A DNA stretch of 64,000 bases from Candidatus Multivoradales bacterium (GTDB lineage Bacteria; Acidobacteriota; Thermoanaerobaculia; Multivoradales; J023). The notes beneath the pieces were generated by a model. The model did no database searches. It saw only the letters and a list, made by a program, of their open reading frames with translations, and was not told where the DNA came from. The DNA lies in assembly GCA_965248925.1 (NCBI GenBank), contig CBDFLE010000005.1:768001-832000 (forward strand), given 5' to 3'. Position numbers and translations under genes: made by a program. This document shows positions 39,215-49,417 of this stretch, piece after piece (within the stretch, counting starts at the first letter, position 1; each line of letters starts with the position of its first letter).

Positions 39215-40939
39215 ATGGCCTTAGAGCAAAAACTCTCTCTCAAACTAGCCCAACGGCTGGTGATGACACCGTCATTGCAGCAGGCGATCAAGCTGTTGCA
39301 GATGACCCGGCTAGAGCTCGATGGTGTGCTCACCAAGGAGATGGAGGAGAACCCGGTCCTTGAGGAAGGCACTCTCAGCGAAGAGGAAGCAAGCAGCGAG
39401 GATACCGAGGAAGAGAAGGAGTCCTCCGAAGAGGCGATGAACGAAATCGACCTCGATGCCTATTTTGGTGAGTATGGCGAGAGCTGGGAAGGAAGCACCT
39501 ACGCTTCGGTCTACGAGCATCGCCAAGGGCCGCCCTTAGAGAACATCCTCACCCGGCAACCGGATCTCTACGATCACCTGCTGTTTCAGCTGCACATGAT
39601 GGACGTGCCACCAGCGGTGCGGGAAATAGCAGAGTTCATCATCGGCAACCTCGACAACGAAGGCTACCTTCGAGCCTCGATCGAGGAGATCATGGCCCTA
39701 GGCGCCCTACCCGAGGATGCTCAACAGCAGATTGCGGAGCTGGACAAGGACGCCGCCACCGCCGAAGCGGTTATAGAAGCAGCGCTGGCGGATTTGCGCC
39801 TGCAGCAGCCGGCGGCGAAACAACCTGCCAGCGCGACTTCTGGGCCAGAGACCGAAGTCCTAGCGGACCCAGAGCGAGCGGCTGAGGCACTGACCGCCAC
39901 CGCCCACTTCGAAGAGCAACCGACCGCGAATCTCGATGCCGCAGAGTTCGGCAACGCAGAACCGCGAGCCAGTGACGACCCCCAGGCGTTGGCCAGCGGA
40001 GACGGCTACAGTCGGGACGAGGTCAAGCGCGTGCTGGCGCTGGTGCGGAGCCTCGATCCTCCGGGTATCGCCTGCGGCTCGCTGCAAGAGAGCTTGCTCT
40101 TTCAGCTTGATCGTCGCGGCGAGCCTGAAGATAGCCTCTCCCGGCAGCTCATCGCCGACCATTGGCCGGCCTTCAAGAAGCGCAAGTTCGAGGCCATCGC
40201 CCGTGCGCTCGGCTTGCCGCTGGCCAAGCTTAAGCCCGCTGTCGATACCATCCGCGGTCTCGAAACCCGTCCCGGCCGCGAGTTCAACACCGATCGCACC
40301 CACTACGTTGAGCCCGATGTCTACTTGCTCAAAGTGGGAGAGAAGTACATCGTTCAAATCAACGACGACGGCATGCCCCGACTACGGGTCAGCCGTGCTT
40401 ACCGCAAGATGCTGAAGCAGATGGCCGCCGAGGGGCGGCAGGCAGAAGCACAGCAATTCATCAAAGAGAAAATGCGCTCCGCGGTGTGGCTGATCAAGAG
40501 CCTGGATCAGCGTCAGAGGACCATCTACAAAGTCGCCAACTCGATCGCCAAGCAGCAGCGAGCCTTCCTCGACTATGGCATCGATCATTTGCGACCGATG
40601 GTGTTGCGCAACGTAGCCGAAGACATCGAAATGCACGAGTCGACAGTCTCGCGAGTAGTGTCGAACAAGTACATCCACACCCCGCGTGGCTTGTTCCCGA
40701 TGAAATTCTTCTTCCACAGTGGAATCGACCGTGAGTACGGCGGAGATATTTCATCGCTCACCGTCAAGCGCAAGCTCGAACATCTGATCGCTGACGAGAA
40801 CAACCGTAAGCCGCTGTCCGATAGCGAGTTGATGCGCATCCTCAACCGCGAGGGCATTCACATTGCCCGGCGGACGGTCGCCAAGTACCGTGACGAGCTG
40901 GGCATTGCTTCCTCCACCGAACGAAAGAAGATCTTCTAG
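39215..40939 (+). CDS. rpoN: RNA polymerase sigma-54 factor
   Basis: MTPSLQQAIKLLQ, HESTVSR, RpoN box ARRTVAKYR. Confidence 0.99.
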   Translation: MALEQKLSLKLAQRLVMTPSLQQAIKLLQMTRLELDGVLTKEMEENPVLEEGTLSEEEASSEDTEEEKESSEEAMNEIDLDAYFGEYGESWEGSTYASVYEHRQGPPLENILTRQPDLYDHLLFQLHMMDVPPAVREIAEFIIGNLDNEGYLRASIEEIMALGALPEDAQQQIAELDKDAATAEAVIEAALADLRLQQPAAKQPASATSGPETEVLADPERAAEALTATAHFEEQPTANLDAAEFGNAEPRASDDPQALASGDGYSRDEVKRVLALVRSLDPPGIACGSLQESLLFQLDRRGEPEDSLSRQLIADHWPAFKKRKFEAIARALGLPLAKLKPAVDTIRGLETRPGREFNTDRTHYVEPDVYLLKVGEKYIVQINDDGMPRLRVSRAYRKMLKQMAAEGRQAEAQQFIKEKMRSAVWLIKSLDQRQRTIYKVANSIAKQQRAFLDYGIDHLRPMVLRNVAEDIEMHESTVSRVVSNKYIHTPRGLFPMKFFFHSGIDREYGGDISSLTVKRKLEHLIADENNRKPLSDSELMRILNREGIHIARRTVAKYRDELGIASSTERKKIF

Positions 40940-41038
40940 CCTAGCCGCGTTGGCCCACCACTCATACGCCAGTCACTAACTCACCAAGAACCGATCCGTA
41001 CCACTATCTCAATGCTACGCGTCCACAAGGATTGAAGC

Positions 41039-41593
41039 ATGTCCATCGACTACACTGCCCGCCATTTTCATCTCGACGATGAGGTCCGCGACTTCACCGC
41101 TAGCAAACTCAACAAGACGATCAAATTCCTCGACGATCCGGTGGAAGTGCATGTGGTTCTCGAGTACCAGCGGCGCCTGAAATACGCTGAACTCAACGTT
41201 ACCCACAAGCACGGCAGCCTGCACGCGACCGAGGAAGCAGAAGATCTACGCGAGGCGATCAGCGCCGCGGTCGCCAAGCTGGAAAAGCAGGCCCGGCGCT
41301 CGCGTAAGAAGATGATCGGCCAGCGACGGCGCGCCCAACACCAAGACGGTGGCCCACGACATTGGCCGGTAGAGGTCATCGACAGCGACAGCCTGTCCGT
41401 GGCCAAGGAAGAGCGTCGGGTGATCAAGACCACCCGCTTACCGATCAAGCCGATGACTCTTGAGGAAGCGGCACAGGCTCTGGCTTCGTCGAAAAATGAC
41501 TTCTTCCTTTATCTGGATTCGAGCAGTGATCAGGTGCATGTGCTCTATCGTCGGCGTGATGACAACTTCGGTTTGATTGCTCCGGAAAGCTAG
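41039..41593 (+). CDS. hpf: Long ribosome hibernation promoting factor
   Basis: KLEKQARR, KPMTLEEA, VLYRRRDDNFGLI; follows rpoN. Confidence 0.93.
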   Translation: MSIDYTARHFHLDDEVRDFTASKLNKTIKFLDDPVEVHVVLEYQRRLKYAELNVTHKHGSLHATEEAEDLREAISAAVAKLEKQARRSRKKMIGQRRRAQHQDGGPRHWPVEVIDSDSLSVAKEERRVIKTTRLPIKPMTLEEAAQALASSKNDFFLYLDSSSDQVHVLYRRRDDNFGLIAPES

Positions 41594-41598
41594 CTTCC

Positions 41599-42045
41599 AT
41601 GAAACTGGCCGAGTTCTCTAGTCCCGGGCTGATCTTCACCGGCCTGCAAGTAGCTGATCGTGACTCTCTGCTGCGAGCCGTCGCCGAGCACTTGGCAGAG
41701 GCCCGCCCGATTGGCGACGCTGACCAGCTTTACCGGGAGCTGGTCGAGCGCGAAGAACTCGGTTCCACCTCAATCGGGCACAGCGTGGCGATTCCGCACT
41801 GCAAGCACAAGCTTCTGTCGCGGGTGGTGCTGGCGCTATTCAAGACCGATCAAGCCATCAACTTTGGCGCCGAAGACGGCGAGTCCGTTCGGCTATTCTT
41901 CGTCCTTGTTTCGCCAGAACGCCAACCAGCGGCCCATCTCCACTGCCTGGCAGCTATTGCCAAGCGGGTCCAAGATGCGGAGTTGCTGGATCGCCTGATG
42001 TGTCTCGACGACCCAGCCGAGCTTTACCGCTTGTTGGAAAACTAG
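41599..42045 (+). CDS. ptsN: PTS EIIA(Ntr/Fru-type)
   Basis: REELGSTSIGHSVAIPH and HL..LA. Confidence 0.88.
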   Translation: MKLAEFSSPGLIFTGLQVADRDSLLRAVAEHLAEARPIGDADQLYRELVEREELGSTSIGHSVAIPHCKHKLLSRVVLALFKTDQAINFGAEDGESVRLFFVLVSPERQPAAHLHCLAAIAKRVQDAELLDRLMCLDDPAELYRLLEN

Positions 42046-42053
42046 GATATTCC

Positions 42054-43001
42054 GTGGCCAAGACTGCCAACGTTGATGTAGCTGATTTGCTGGGGCCGGC
42101 GCTGGCCGATCTGCATCTTGAGATAGTGTGTGGGGAAGAGAACCTAAGCCGCCAGATCACCCATCCCCGAGTGCAGAAGCCTGGCCTGGCCTTTGCCGGT
42201 CATTACGATTACATCCGAAGTGGGCGGGTACAGATTATCGGTGCTAGCGAAGTTGAATTCCTCGACACACTGAGCGCCAGTGTGCGCCGCGAACGCTTCG
42301 ACCACATCACTCAACTCGACATTCCGGTCTTTGTCATATCCAAGGGGCTGGAGGTGCCGGAGTTGGTCGAGCGCTGCCGCCTGCAAGGCCGGCCGGTGCT
42401 GTCGTCCCCGGACTTAACCTCGAAAATCATTCGCCAGCTGAGCTTCTTTCTCGAAGATCACCTCGTACCTCACACCCAAGAGCACGCGGTGCTGCTAGAA
42501 ATCTACGGCCTAGGTGTGTTGCTGATCGGCAAGAGCGGCGTCGGCAAGAGCGAATCGGCTCTCGACTTGATCACCCGCGGTCACAGCCTGGTGGCCGATG
42601 ATCGAGTCACCATCCGGCTCTATCCTCGCGGTGAGTTGATCGGCTTTGGCGGCGAGGGCAGTCGCCACCACATGGAACTGCGCGGGCTGGGCATCATCAA
42701 CGTCAAAGATCTCTTTGGCCTAGCCGCGGTGCGCGAGCGCAAGTCGATCGATCTGGTAGTCCGCCTGGAACGCTGGGAGAAGGGTAAGGCCTATGATCGC
42801 TTGGGACTCGACGAGAGCGTTTATCATATCTTGGAGACCCCCGTCCCTTACTTGGAAATGCCCGTCGCGACCGGTCGTAACGTGGCTATTCTGGTCGAGG
42901 TGGCGGCGCGAAATCATGTGCTGAAGATGCAGGGGCATCACTCGGCCTGGGAATTTGTCAGCAAGCTGGAGGCAGAGCTTGAGCGAAAACGACGCCCCTG
43001 A
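42054..43001 (+). CDS. hprK: HPr kinase/phosphorylase
   Basis: GKSGVGKSE, LVADD, HMELRGLGIINV, GRNVAILVEVAA. Confidence 0.97.
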   Translation: MAKTANVDVADLLGPALADLHLEIVCGEENLSRQITHPRVQKPGLAFAGHYDYIRSGRVQIIGASEVEFLDTLSASVRRERFDHITQLDIPVFVISKGLEVPELVERCRLQGRPVLSSPDLTSKIIRQLSFFLEDHLVPHTQEHAVLLEIYGLGVLLIGKSGVGKSESALDLITRGHSLVADDRVTIRLYPRGELIGFGGEGSRHHMELRGLGIINVKDLFGLAAVRERKSIDLVVRLERWEKGKAYDRLGLDESVYHILETPVPYLEMPVATGRNVAILVEVAARNHVLKMQGHHSAWEFVSKLEAELERKRRP

Positions 43002-43866
43002 CCGCCCCCGCCTGGTTCTGGTCACCGGCTTGTCCGGCTCCGGCAAGAGCACAGCGGCCAAGGCTCTAGAAGATATCGGCTACTACTGTGTCGACAATTT
43101 GCCATGGCCATTGCTCAAACGTTTTTTGGCCGACCCGATCGCCCAAGTAGGTCAAAGGCGACCGATCGCCCTGGTGACCGACGTACGCGCGGCGGGTTTC
43201 GCTGAGTCCGTTCCACAGCTGCTGAACGACGTTGATCGCAAGAACTTCCGCTTCGTGGTGCTCTTTCTCGAAGCCAGCGAAGAATCCCTAGTGCGGCGTT
43301 TCTCTGAAACCCGCCGTAGCCACCCCTTGGGCGATGGTGACCGGCCGTTGATCGAGGGGATTCGACGTGAGAAGAAGTTGCTCAGCGAGCTCCGTGGCCA
43401 GGCCGGCCTGGTATTCGACAGCACCGGTTGGTCGGTCCACGACGCCCGCCGGGAGATCTACCGCGAATTCACCGACTCGCCCGAAGACGCTCCTGAAATG
43501 GTGGTCTCGCTGGTCAGCTTCGGCTGCAAACACGGCACACCCTCCGCTAGCGATTTGCTCTTCGATGTGCGCTTCCTCGCCAACCCTTACTTCCATCCCC
43601 GTCTGCGCCAGCTCAGCGGCAAAGACGCCCCGGTGCGTGAGTTCCTCGAAGGGCAGGAAGAATTCGTTGAACTCTGCCAACGTCTGCTCGACTTACTGCT
43701 CTTCCTCCTGCCGCGTTTTCGTCGCGACAACCGCAGCTACGTCTCGATCGCCATTGGCTGCACCGGTGGCCGCCACCGTTCGGTAGCCACCGCCGAGCAT
43801 CTCTCACGCAAGCTCACCGAAGCGGGCTGGACCGTACGCCTCAAGCACCGCGACTGCGACCGGTAG
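42979..43866 (+). CDS. rapZ: RapZ/YvcJ P-loop protein
   Basis: TGLSGSGKS, YCVDNLP, RRFSETRR.HP, DVRFLANP, IGCTGGRHRSV. Confidence 0.96.
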   Translation: MSENDAPDRPRLVLVTGLSGSGKSTAAKALEDIGYYCVDNLPWPLLKRFLADPIAQVGQRRPIALVTDVRAAGFAESVPQLLNDVDRKNFRFVVLFLEASEESLVRRFSETRRSHPLGDGDRPLIEGIRREKKLLSELRGQAGLVFDSTGWSVHDARREIYREFTDSPEDAPEMVVSLVSFGCKHGTPSASDLLFDVRFLANPYFHPRLRQLSGKDAPVREFLEGQEEFVELCQRLLDLLLFLLPRFRRDNRSYVSIAIGCTGGRHRSVATAEHLSRKLTEAGWTVRLKHRDCDR

Positions 43867-44049
43867 ACCACAGCTGGCGAGGCGGCTCTGAGTCCTCGGG
43901 CCAAGCAGCAGCTGTCTGGCCGGCGATGACCAGGAGGCAGATTTCAGTTCTTGGTGGCGAATTGCGCCTAGCGAATCAAACCAGGAGGGGAAACTCCTCT
44001 AGATCGGATGCAACCCACTTCGAGGATGTCAGGGCCAGAGGAGCCCGGT

Positions 44050-44069
44050 GGCCCCGTCAGCACGGGGCC
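44050..44069. terminator. GC-rich hairpin 3' of the RRM gene
   Basis: GGCCCCGT-CAGC-ACGGGGCC, no clear U-tract. Confidence 0.5.
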
Positions 44070-44084
44070 GGAGCAATGAGTCTC

Positions 44085-44357
44085 CTACCAGCGATCGCGG
44101 GGCGGCCGGCGGTCCACGCGCGGACGCGCTTCATTGATATTCAGTGTCCGGCCACCAAGATCTTTGCCGTTGAGTGCTTCAATCGCCTCGTCGGCGCCAG
44201 ATGACATTTCAACAAAACCAAAGCCCCGGGGCCTTCCAGTTTCACGATCGGTGATAAGGCTCACTGAGTCGACGGCTCCGAACTCAGCGAAGAGTTCTCT
44301 GACTTCGTCATCGGTAGCGGAAAACGGCAGGTTGCCTACGTAAATCTTCTTCGACAT
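44085..44357 (-). CDS. RRM-domain RNA-binding protein
   Basis: RNP2 IYVGNL and RNP1 RGFGFVEM. Confidence 0.97.
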   Translation of the reverse strand: MSKKIYVGNLPFSATDDEVRELFAEFGAVDSVSLITDRETGRPRGFGFVEMSSGADEAIEALNGKDLGGRTLNINEARPRVDRRPPRDRW

Positions 44358-44577
44358 GACTGAATCCCTTGTGCCGCACTGCGGCGGAGAATAGGAGTGA
44401 GTGGGTGGTGGGGTGAATCAGACGTGCATTGTAGCGTGTCATGAGATCCCGTGGTTGAATATGTCCCTGTAGCAGTTTCGTGCTTTACTAGCGCGCTTGC
44501 CGCCTCCTCGAGTCAGCAGGTAGACTGAGCGGGGCGAGAGTGCTTTGCCCGCGGCCAAAGTCTGAGATCTTCATTCC

Positions 44578-45003
44578 ATGATCAACGTACTGATTGTCTC
44601 CCACGGCCGCTTGGCTGCCGAACTGCTTGCCGCCGCTCGCACGATCGCCGGTTCGATGGAGAATTGTGAAGCTCTTTGTCTAGACTGGCAGGATAGCCCC
44701 GAGGAAATCACTCAGGCAATCGCCCGAGCGGTCGAAGGTCTGCTCGAACAAGCTGGCGAGGTGCTGGTCCTCACCGATATTTTCGGCTCGACGCCAACCA
44801 ACGCGGCCATGAGGCTGCGCCAGCCGGGGCGGGTCGCGGTGGTGGCCGGAGTCAACCTACCGATGGTCGTGCGCCTGAACTGCGTTCGTCCGCGGCAAAT
44901 GCCCCTGAGCGGAATGGCGGCCTGGATCGAAGGCAAAGGTCGTAGCAGCATCTGTAGAGGCTGCGAAACCGCGCCGGCAGACAGGGAGAGCTGCGATGGT
45001 TGA
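44578..45003 (+). CDS. PTS EIIA mannose family
   Basis: VSHG, LTDIFGSTPTN, GVNLPM. Confidence 0.92.
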   Translation: MINVLIVSHGRLAAELLAAARTIAGSMENCEALCLDWQDSPEEITQAIARAVEGLLEQAGEVLVLTDIFGSTPTNAAMRLRQPGRVAVVAGVNLPMVVRLNCVRPRQMPLSGMAAWIEGKGRSSICRGCETAPADRESCDG

Positions 45004-45265
45004 GCGCCAGGTTGAAATCGTCAATAAATCGGGATTGCACGCTCGCGCGGCAGCCAAACTAGTACACCTCGGCGCTAGTTTCGAGTGCGACATCCATCTG
45101 CTTCAGGACGGCGAGAAAGTCGACGCCAAGAGCATCCTAGGCATCCTTCTACTAGCCGCAGCCCAGGGCACTCGACTGGCAATTCGCTGTGACGGCAGTG
45201 ACGAAGACGCTGCGTTGAGCGCTTTAGAGAAGTTAATCGCCGACCGCTTTGGGGAGCAGTACTGA
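44996..45265 (+). CDS. ptsH: Phosphocarrier HPr
   Basis: GLHARAAA (His15) and DAKSILGIL (Ser46). Confidence 0.96.
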   Translation: MVERQVEIVNKSGLHARAAAKLVHLGASFECDIHLLQDGEKVDAKSILGILLLAAAQGTRLAIRCDGSDEDAALSALEKLIADRFGEQY

Positions 45266-45267
45266 GC

Positions 45268-47097
45268 ATGACTTCACAGCAGCAGCCACGCCGACCGATG
45301 CAGGTATTTGATGGATTGGGGGTCACCGAGGGCATCGCTTTTGGCAAAGCGGTGTGCATCAACACGCGCTTGCTCGACGTGCTGCAGATCCCCATTGCCA
45401 GCGACAAGATCGACGATGAAATCAAGCGCTTCCACTCGGCGTTGAACAAGGTTCGCGATGAGCTGCACAAGATGCGGGATCGGGTTGGAGAAGAACTTGG
45501 CCGCGACTTGGCGGGGATTTTCGATGCCCAGGCGCTCTTGCTGAGTGATCCTACTTTCGTCGGCCAGGTCGAACAGCATATTCGTGGAGAAGCGGTCAAT
45601 GCCGAATGGGCTGTCCATCAAGCGGCTACGGCTCTGCAAGCACGCTTCGAAGCTCTCGATGTGCTGCACCTGCGGGAGCGGGGAGAAGATCTGCGCGATG
45701 TTGGCCGGCATCTGCTGCGCTGCCTGCAGGGCCTGCAAGTCCACCGGCTCTCAGAGATCGATGGCGATGTGGTCATCGTCGCCGATGACCTGACGCCTTC
45801 CGACGCCGTTCGCCTGGGGCGCGAGAACGTCCGTGGGTTTGCTATCGAGCACGGCAGCCGCACCTCGCACACCACCATCATCGCCCGGTCGTTAAATATC
45901 CCGGCGGTCACTGGGGTTGGCGGCTTGAGCCACTGGTTGGCCGACCACACCGAAGCGCCGATCATCGTCGACGGGCTCGATGGCAAGGTCATCCTCCACC
46001 CGACGGCCGAGTTTATCGAGCGCTACCGCGAGCGCCAACGCGGCTTGCGGCGCAAGGAGCGCCATTTGCTGGCGACCCGCGATCTCGAGGCAGTGACCCG
46101 CGACGGTGTTCAAGTGCAGGTGATGGCCAACATCGACCTGCCTGAGGAGATCGAGGAAGCACGACGCTTCGGCGCTGCTGGCATCGGTCTGTATCGCAGC
46201 GAGTTTCTCTACATCGAGATGAGCCCGCAGCAACCGTCGGAAAAACAGCACTTGGAAATCTACCGCCGAATGATCCAAGCCGCGGCGCCCCATCCGGCGA
46301 TCATTCGGACCTACGACTTGGGAGGCCGCAAGATCGCTCGTGAGCTGCTGCACACCCAAGAGGACAATCCAGTGCTTGGCTTGCGCGGCATTCGCCTGAC
46401 CTTGGCCAAGCAAGACGTCTTCCGAGCCCAGCTGCGCGCGTTGTTTCGCGCCGCCACCGAGGGTGAGCTGTGGATCATGTTACCCATGGTGACCCTAGTC
46501 GAAGAAGTTCGCCAGTTCCGCAAGATGGCGGCACGGGTACTGCGGGAACTCGAATGTGAGGGTTCGCCATTCCGCTCCGACTACAAACTAGGCGTGATGA
46601 TCGAGGTTCCAGCGGCGGCGATGATTTCAGACTTGCTGGCCCGAGAAGTTGATTTCTTCTCCCTCGGCACCAACGATTTGATCCAATACTCCTTGGCAGT
46701 GGATCGCAACAACGAGAAGGTCGCCGACCTCTACCAGCCTTTTCATCCCGGCATGATCCGCTTGCTCAAACTGGTGATTGACAACGCTCGCAAAGCAGGC
46801 ATCGATATCAGTCTTTGCGGCGAAATGGGCGGCGACCCGCTAGCCACCGCGGTGCTCTTAGGCTGTGGCCTGCGCCGGATCTCCGTAAGCCCGCGGCAAG
46901 TGCCAACCATCAAGCGGCGGATCCGCGAACTCGACACTCAACAGCTGGAGCAAGTGGTAGAGACCTGCGCCAACCTAGCGACTGCCGGAGAAGTAGAGCA
47001 GCACTTACGCCACGCCGTCAGCACTGTAGCGGAGCAATTTACCGAGGATGCCTCGACGGCTACTCCGAAGGAGACCTGGCCCCATGGCAAAATTTAA
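45268..47097 (+). CDS. ptsI: PTS enzyme I
   Basis: TSHTTI, GLYRSEFL, NPVLGLRGIR, MIEVP, GTNDLIQY, CGEM. Confidence 0.97.
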   Translation: MTSQQQPRRPMQVFDGLGVTEGIAFGKAVCINTRLLDVLQIPIASDKIDDEIKRFHSALNKVRDELHKMRDRVGEELGRDLAGIFDAQALLLSDPTFVGQVEQHIRGEAVNAEWAVHQAATALQARFEALDVLHLRERGEDLRDVGRHLLRCLQGLQVHRLSEIDGDVVIVADDLTPSDAVRLGRENVRGFAIEHGSRTSHTTIIARSLNIPAVTGVGGLSHWLADHTEAPIIVDGLDGKVILHPTAEFIERYRERQRGLRRKERHLLATRDLEAVTRDGVQVQVMANIDLPEEIEEARRFGAAGIGLYRSEFLYIEMSPQQPSEKQHLEIYRRMIQAAAPHPAIIRTYDLGGRKIARELLHTQEDNPVLGLRGIRLTLAKQDVFRAQLRALFRAATEGELWIMLPMVTLVEEVRQFRKMAARVLRELECEGSPFRSDYKLGVMIEVPAAAMISDLLAREVDFFSLGTNDLIQYSLAVDRNNEKVADLYQPFHPGMIRLLKLVIDNARKAGIDISLCGEMGGDPLATAVLLGCGLRRISVSPRQVPTIKRRIRELDTQQLEQVVETCANLATAGEVEQHLRHAVSTVAEQFTEDASTATPKETWPHGKI

Positions 47098-48016
47098 ATC
47101 TCATGTTCTGACAACGTCGTTGCTCGGCCTGGCTGCCTGCGCAGCCATCTCTTGTGGCGGTGCCAAGCAGCCAGACCCCTTGCCATCACAGACTTTGAGC
47201 AAGGTCGCGCCGCAGATCGAGCCGCCGCCTACCAGCCCTGCCCTACCACCGATCACCGAAGTGCCAGCATCCAGGAGTTCGGAGATCAAGGTCATCGATC
47301 CCGGAGGCAACAGCGAGCGGCCGCTGACCCTCGGCGAGGCCTCCCGTTTGGCGAAAGAGATCAAAGCATCTAGCAAACCGTCGATAATCACCATCGACGA
47401 CGACAATCTGGCAGAGTATGCCGCCGGCGGCCAAGTCACCATCATGGAGTCTGAACCCGCCGCGCCTGCCCTCGAAGAGCTCTCCGCCATCATTGCCCAG
47501 GCCGGACCCGCCGCCGCTGCTGGCAGCAACCCACCGCCTGCAATCGGGCGCCGACCGCGAAGCCCTTTGGCGGTTGGCAGTGGCGAGACGCCGCCCGGCG
47601 ACGACGAAGGCTACTGGCGTGGTCGCGCCCTGGATCTACGCCGCGGCTGGCGCGGCACCGTCGATGAGATCAACCAACTCGAGTTGCAGAGCGCCGCTTT
47701 GCGGCAGCAGTTCTACGCTGAAGACGATCCCTATTTGCGCGACTCGCAAGTCAAACCGGCTTGGGATCGTGCTCTCGATAGACTCGACACTCTGCGCCGC
47801 GAGGCTGGCGTCTACGAGGCGGAGGTCGAGGCCTTTGTCGAGAGCGGCCGACTTGCCGGCGCCGAACAGGGTTGGCTCAACGAAGGCTGGGAGCTAGAGC
47901 CCGATCTTGACGAGCAGAAGCGTTCACCACGAATAGGTGTCGGCCGTTCAGCCGAGCCCGAGGACACCCTGGAAGCCCAAGATCTATCCTCGGTCGAGCC
48001 TGAGAACGGACCATGA
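47084..48016 (+). CDS. Hypothetical lipoprotein
   Basis: Lipobox-like LAACAAISC, Pro-rich linker, C-terminal helical region (EGYWR). Confidence 0.7.
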   Translation: MAKFKSHVLTTSLLGLAACAAISCGGAKQPDPLPSQTLSKVAPQIEPPPTSPALPPITEVPASRSSEIKVIDPGGNSERPLTLGEASRLAKEIKASSKPSIITIDDDNLAEYAAGGQVTIMESEPAAPALEELSAIIAQAGPAAAAGSNPPPAIGRRPRSPLAVGSGETPPGDDEGYWRGRALDLRRGWRGTVDEINQLELQSAALRQQFYAEDDPYLRDSQVKPAWDRALDRLDTLRREAGVYEAEVEAFVESGRLAGAEQGWLNEGWELEPDLDEQKRSPRIGVGRSAEPEDTLEAQDLSSVEPENGP

Positions 48017-49383
48017 CTCCCTCTACTCTGAAGCCCCAACAGCTACCCAAACCGCGGCGGTTCTACGTCGAGACCTGGGGCTGCCAAATGAACGAACTTG
48101 ACAGCCAGCGGATGACCGGCCAGCTGATGGAGCAAGGCATCCTGCCAACCCGCGATCCAGGCGACGCCGACTTGATCTTGCTAAACTCCTGCTCGGTGCG
48201 CGAGAAGGCAGCCCAGAAAGCCTATTCGCGACTGGGCCAATACCGTCTGCTGAAGCGGGACCGGCCTCATCTGCTGATTGGCTTCTGCGGCTGCGTCGCA
48301 CAACAAGAAGGCGACAAGGCCATGGCGCGGGTGCCTGACTTGGACTTTGTTATCGGCCCGGGGCGGGTCGGCGAACTCAAGCAACTACTAGCCCAGCGCC
48401 AACTCGGACGTCGGGTGGTTGCCACTGGGTTTCCCAAAGCCGCCAGCCGCAACTACGCCTTCGACAGTCTCGCCAGGCAGAGTTCCTATAAGGGCATGGT
48501 CACCATCATCGAGGGCTGCAACAAGAAATGTACCTTCTGCATAGTCCCCAGCACCCGTGGACCCGAGCAGTGCCGTTCCTTGCCGGTGATTCTCGACGAA
48601 GTGCGCCATTTGTTGGACTATGGCTTTGCCGAGATCGAACTCCTGGGTCAAACGGTGAACCATTGGCTAGATCCCGAAACCGGCGCCGACTTCGCGGTCC
48701 TGCTCGACCAAGTCGCCGCTCTCGATAGGGTAGAGCGGCTGCGATTCGTCACCTCCTACCCACGTGACTTCAGCCAGCAGATGGTCGACCAAATCGGCCG
48801 GCACGAGAACATCTGCCCCTATCTCCATCTGCCGGTCCAATCGGGATCAGATCGAGTGCTCAAGATGATGGGGCGAGGCTATGAAGTCGCTTTATTTGAT
48901 GATCTTGTCGCCCGGCTACGCCAAGCGAGATCAGGTCTAGCTATATCTTCCGATTTCATCGTCGGCTTTCCGGGAGAAGCCGAGGAAGATTTCCAGCAGA
49001 CTCTGGACCTGATCGAGCGCACTCGCTTCGCTTCGCTCTATGCCTTCAAGTACTCGCCAAGGCCCGGTACCGCCGCACCGAGAATGAAGCAACCGCCCGT
49101 GCCTGACGAGATCGCCAGTCGCCGCTTGCAAGAGCTTCTGGCGCTGCAAGGGGGCATTCAACGAGAGATCAACGAGAGTCTGGTCGGTCAAATCTACGAC
49201 GTGCTGGTCACCGGTTGGGGAAAGAAGCCCGGAAGTCAGAGTGGCCGCACCCCTTGCCACCGGGTGGTCCACTTTGAACCCACCGCTGGCGCCTCGATCC
49301 CGCTCGGCAGTTTGACGACAGTGAAGATTGAGCGGGCTTTGCCCCACAGCCTAATCGCTTCCCTCACCGATTCACCGACTTGA
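48013..49383 (+). CDS. miaB: tRNA methylthiotransferase MiaB
   Basis: TWGCQMNELDS, CSVREKA, GCVAQ, CNKKCTFC, IVGFPGE, YSPRPGT. Confidence 0.97.
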   Translation: MTPSTLKPQQLPKPRRFYVETWGCQMNELDSQRMTGQLMEQGILPTRDPGDADLILLNSCSVREKAAQKAYSRLGQYRLLKRDRPHLLIGFCGCVAQQEGDKAMARVPDLDFVIGPGRVGELKQLLAQRQLGRRVVATGFPKAASRNYAFDSLARQSSYKGMVTIIEGCNKKCTFCIVPSTRGPEQCRSLPVILDEVRHLLDYGFAEIELLGQTVNHWLDPETGADFAVLLDQVAALDRVERLRFVTSYPRDFSQQMVDQIGRHENICPYLHLPVQSGSDRVLKMMGRGYEVALFDDLVARLRQARSGLAISSDFIVGFPGEAEEDFQQTLDLIERTRFASLYAFKYSPRPGTAAPRMKQPPVPDEIASRRLQELLALQGGIQREINESLVGQIYDVLVTGWGKKPGSQSGRTPCHRVVHFEPTAGASIPLGSLTTVKIERALPHSLIASLTDSPT

Positions 49384-49417
49384 CCTACCACCTCGACAGG
49401 CGGACAATAGGACCACT

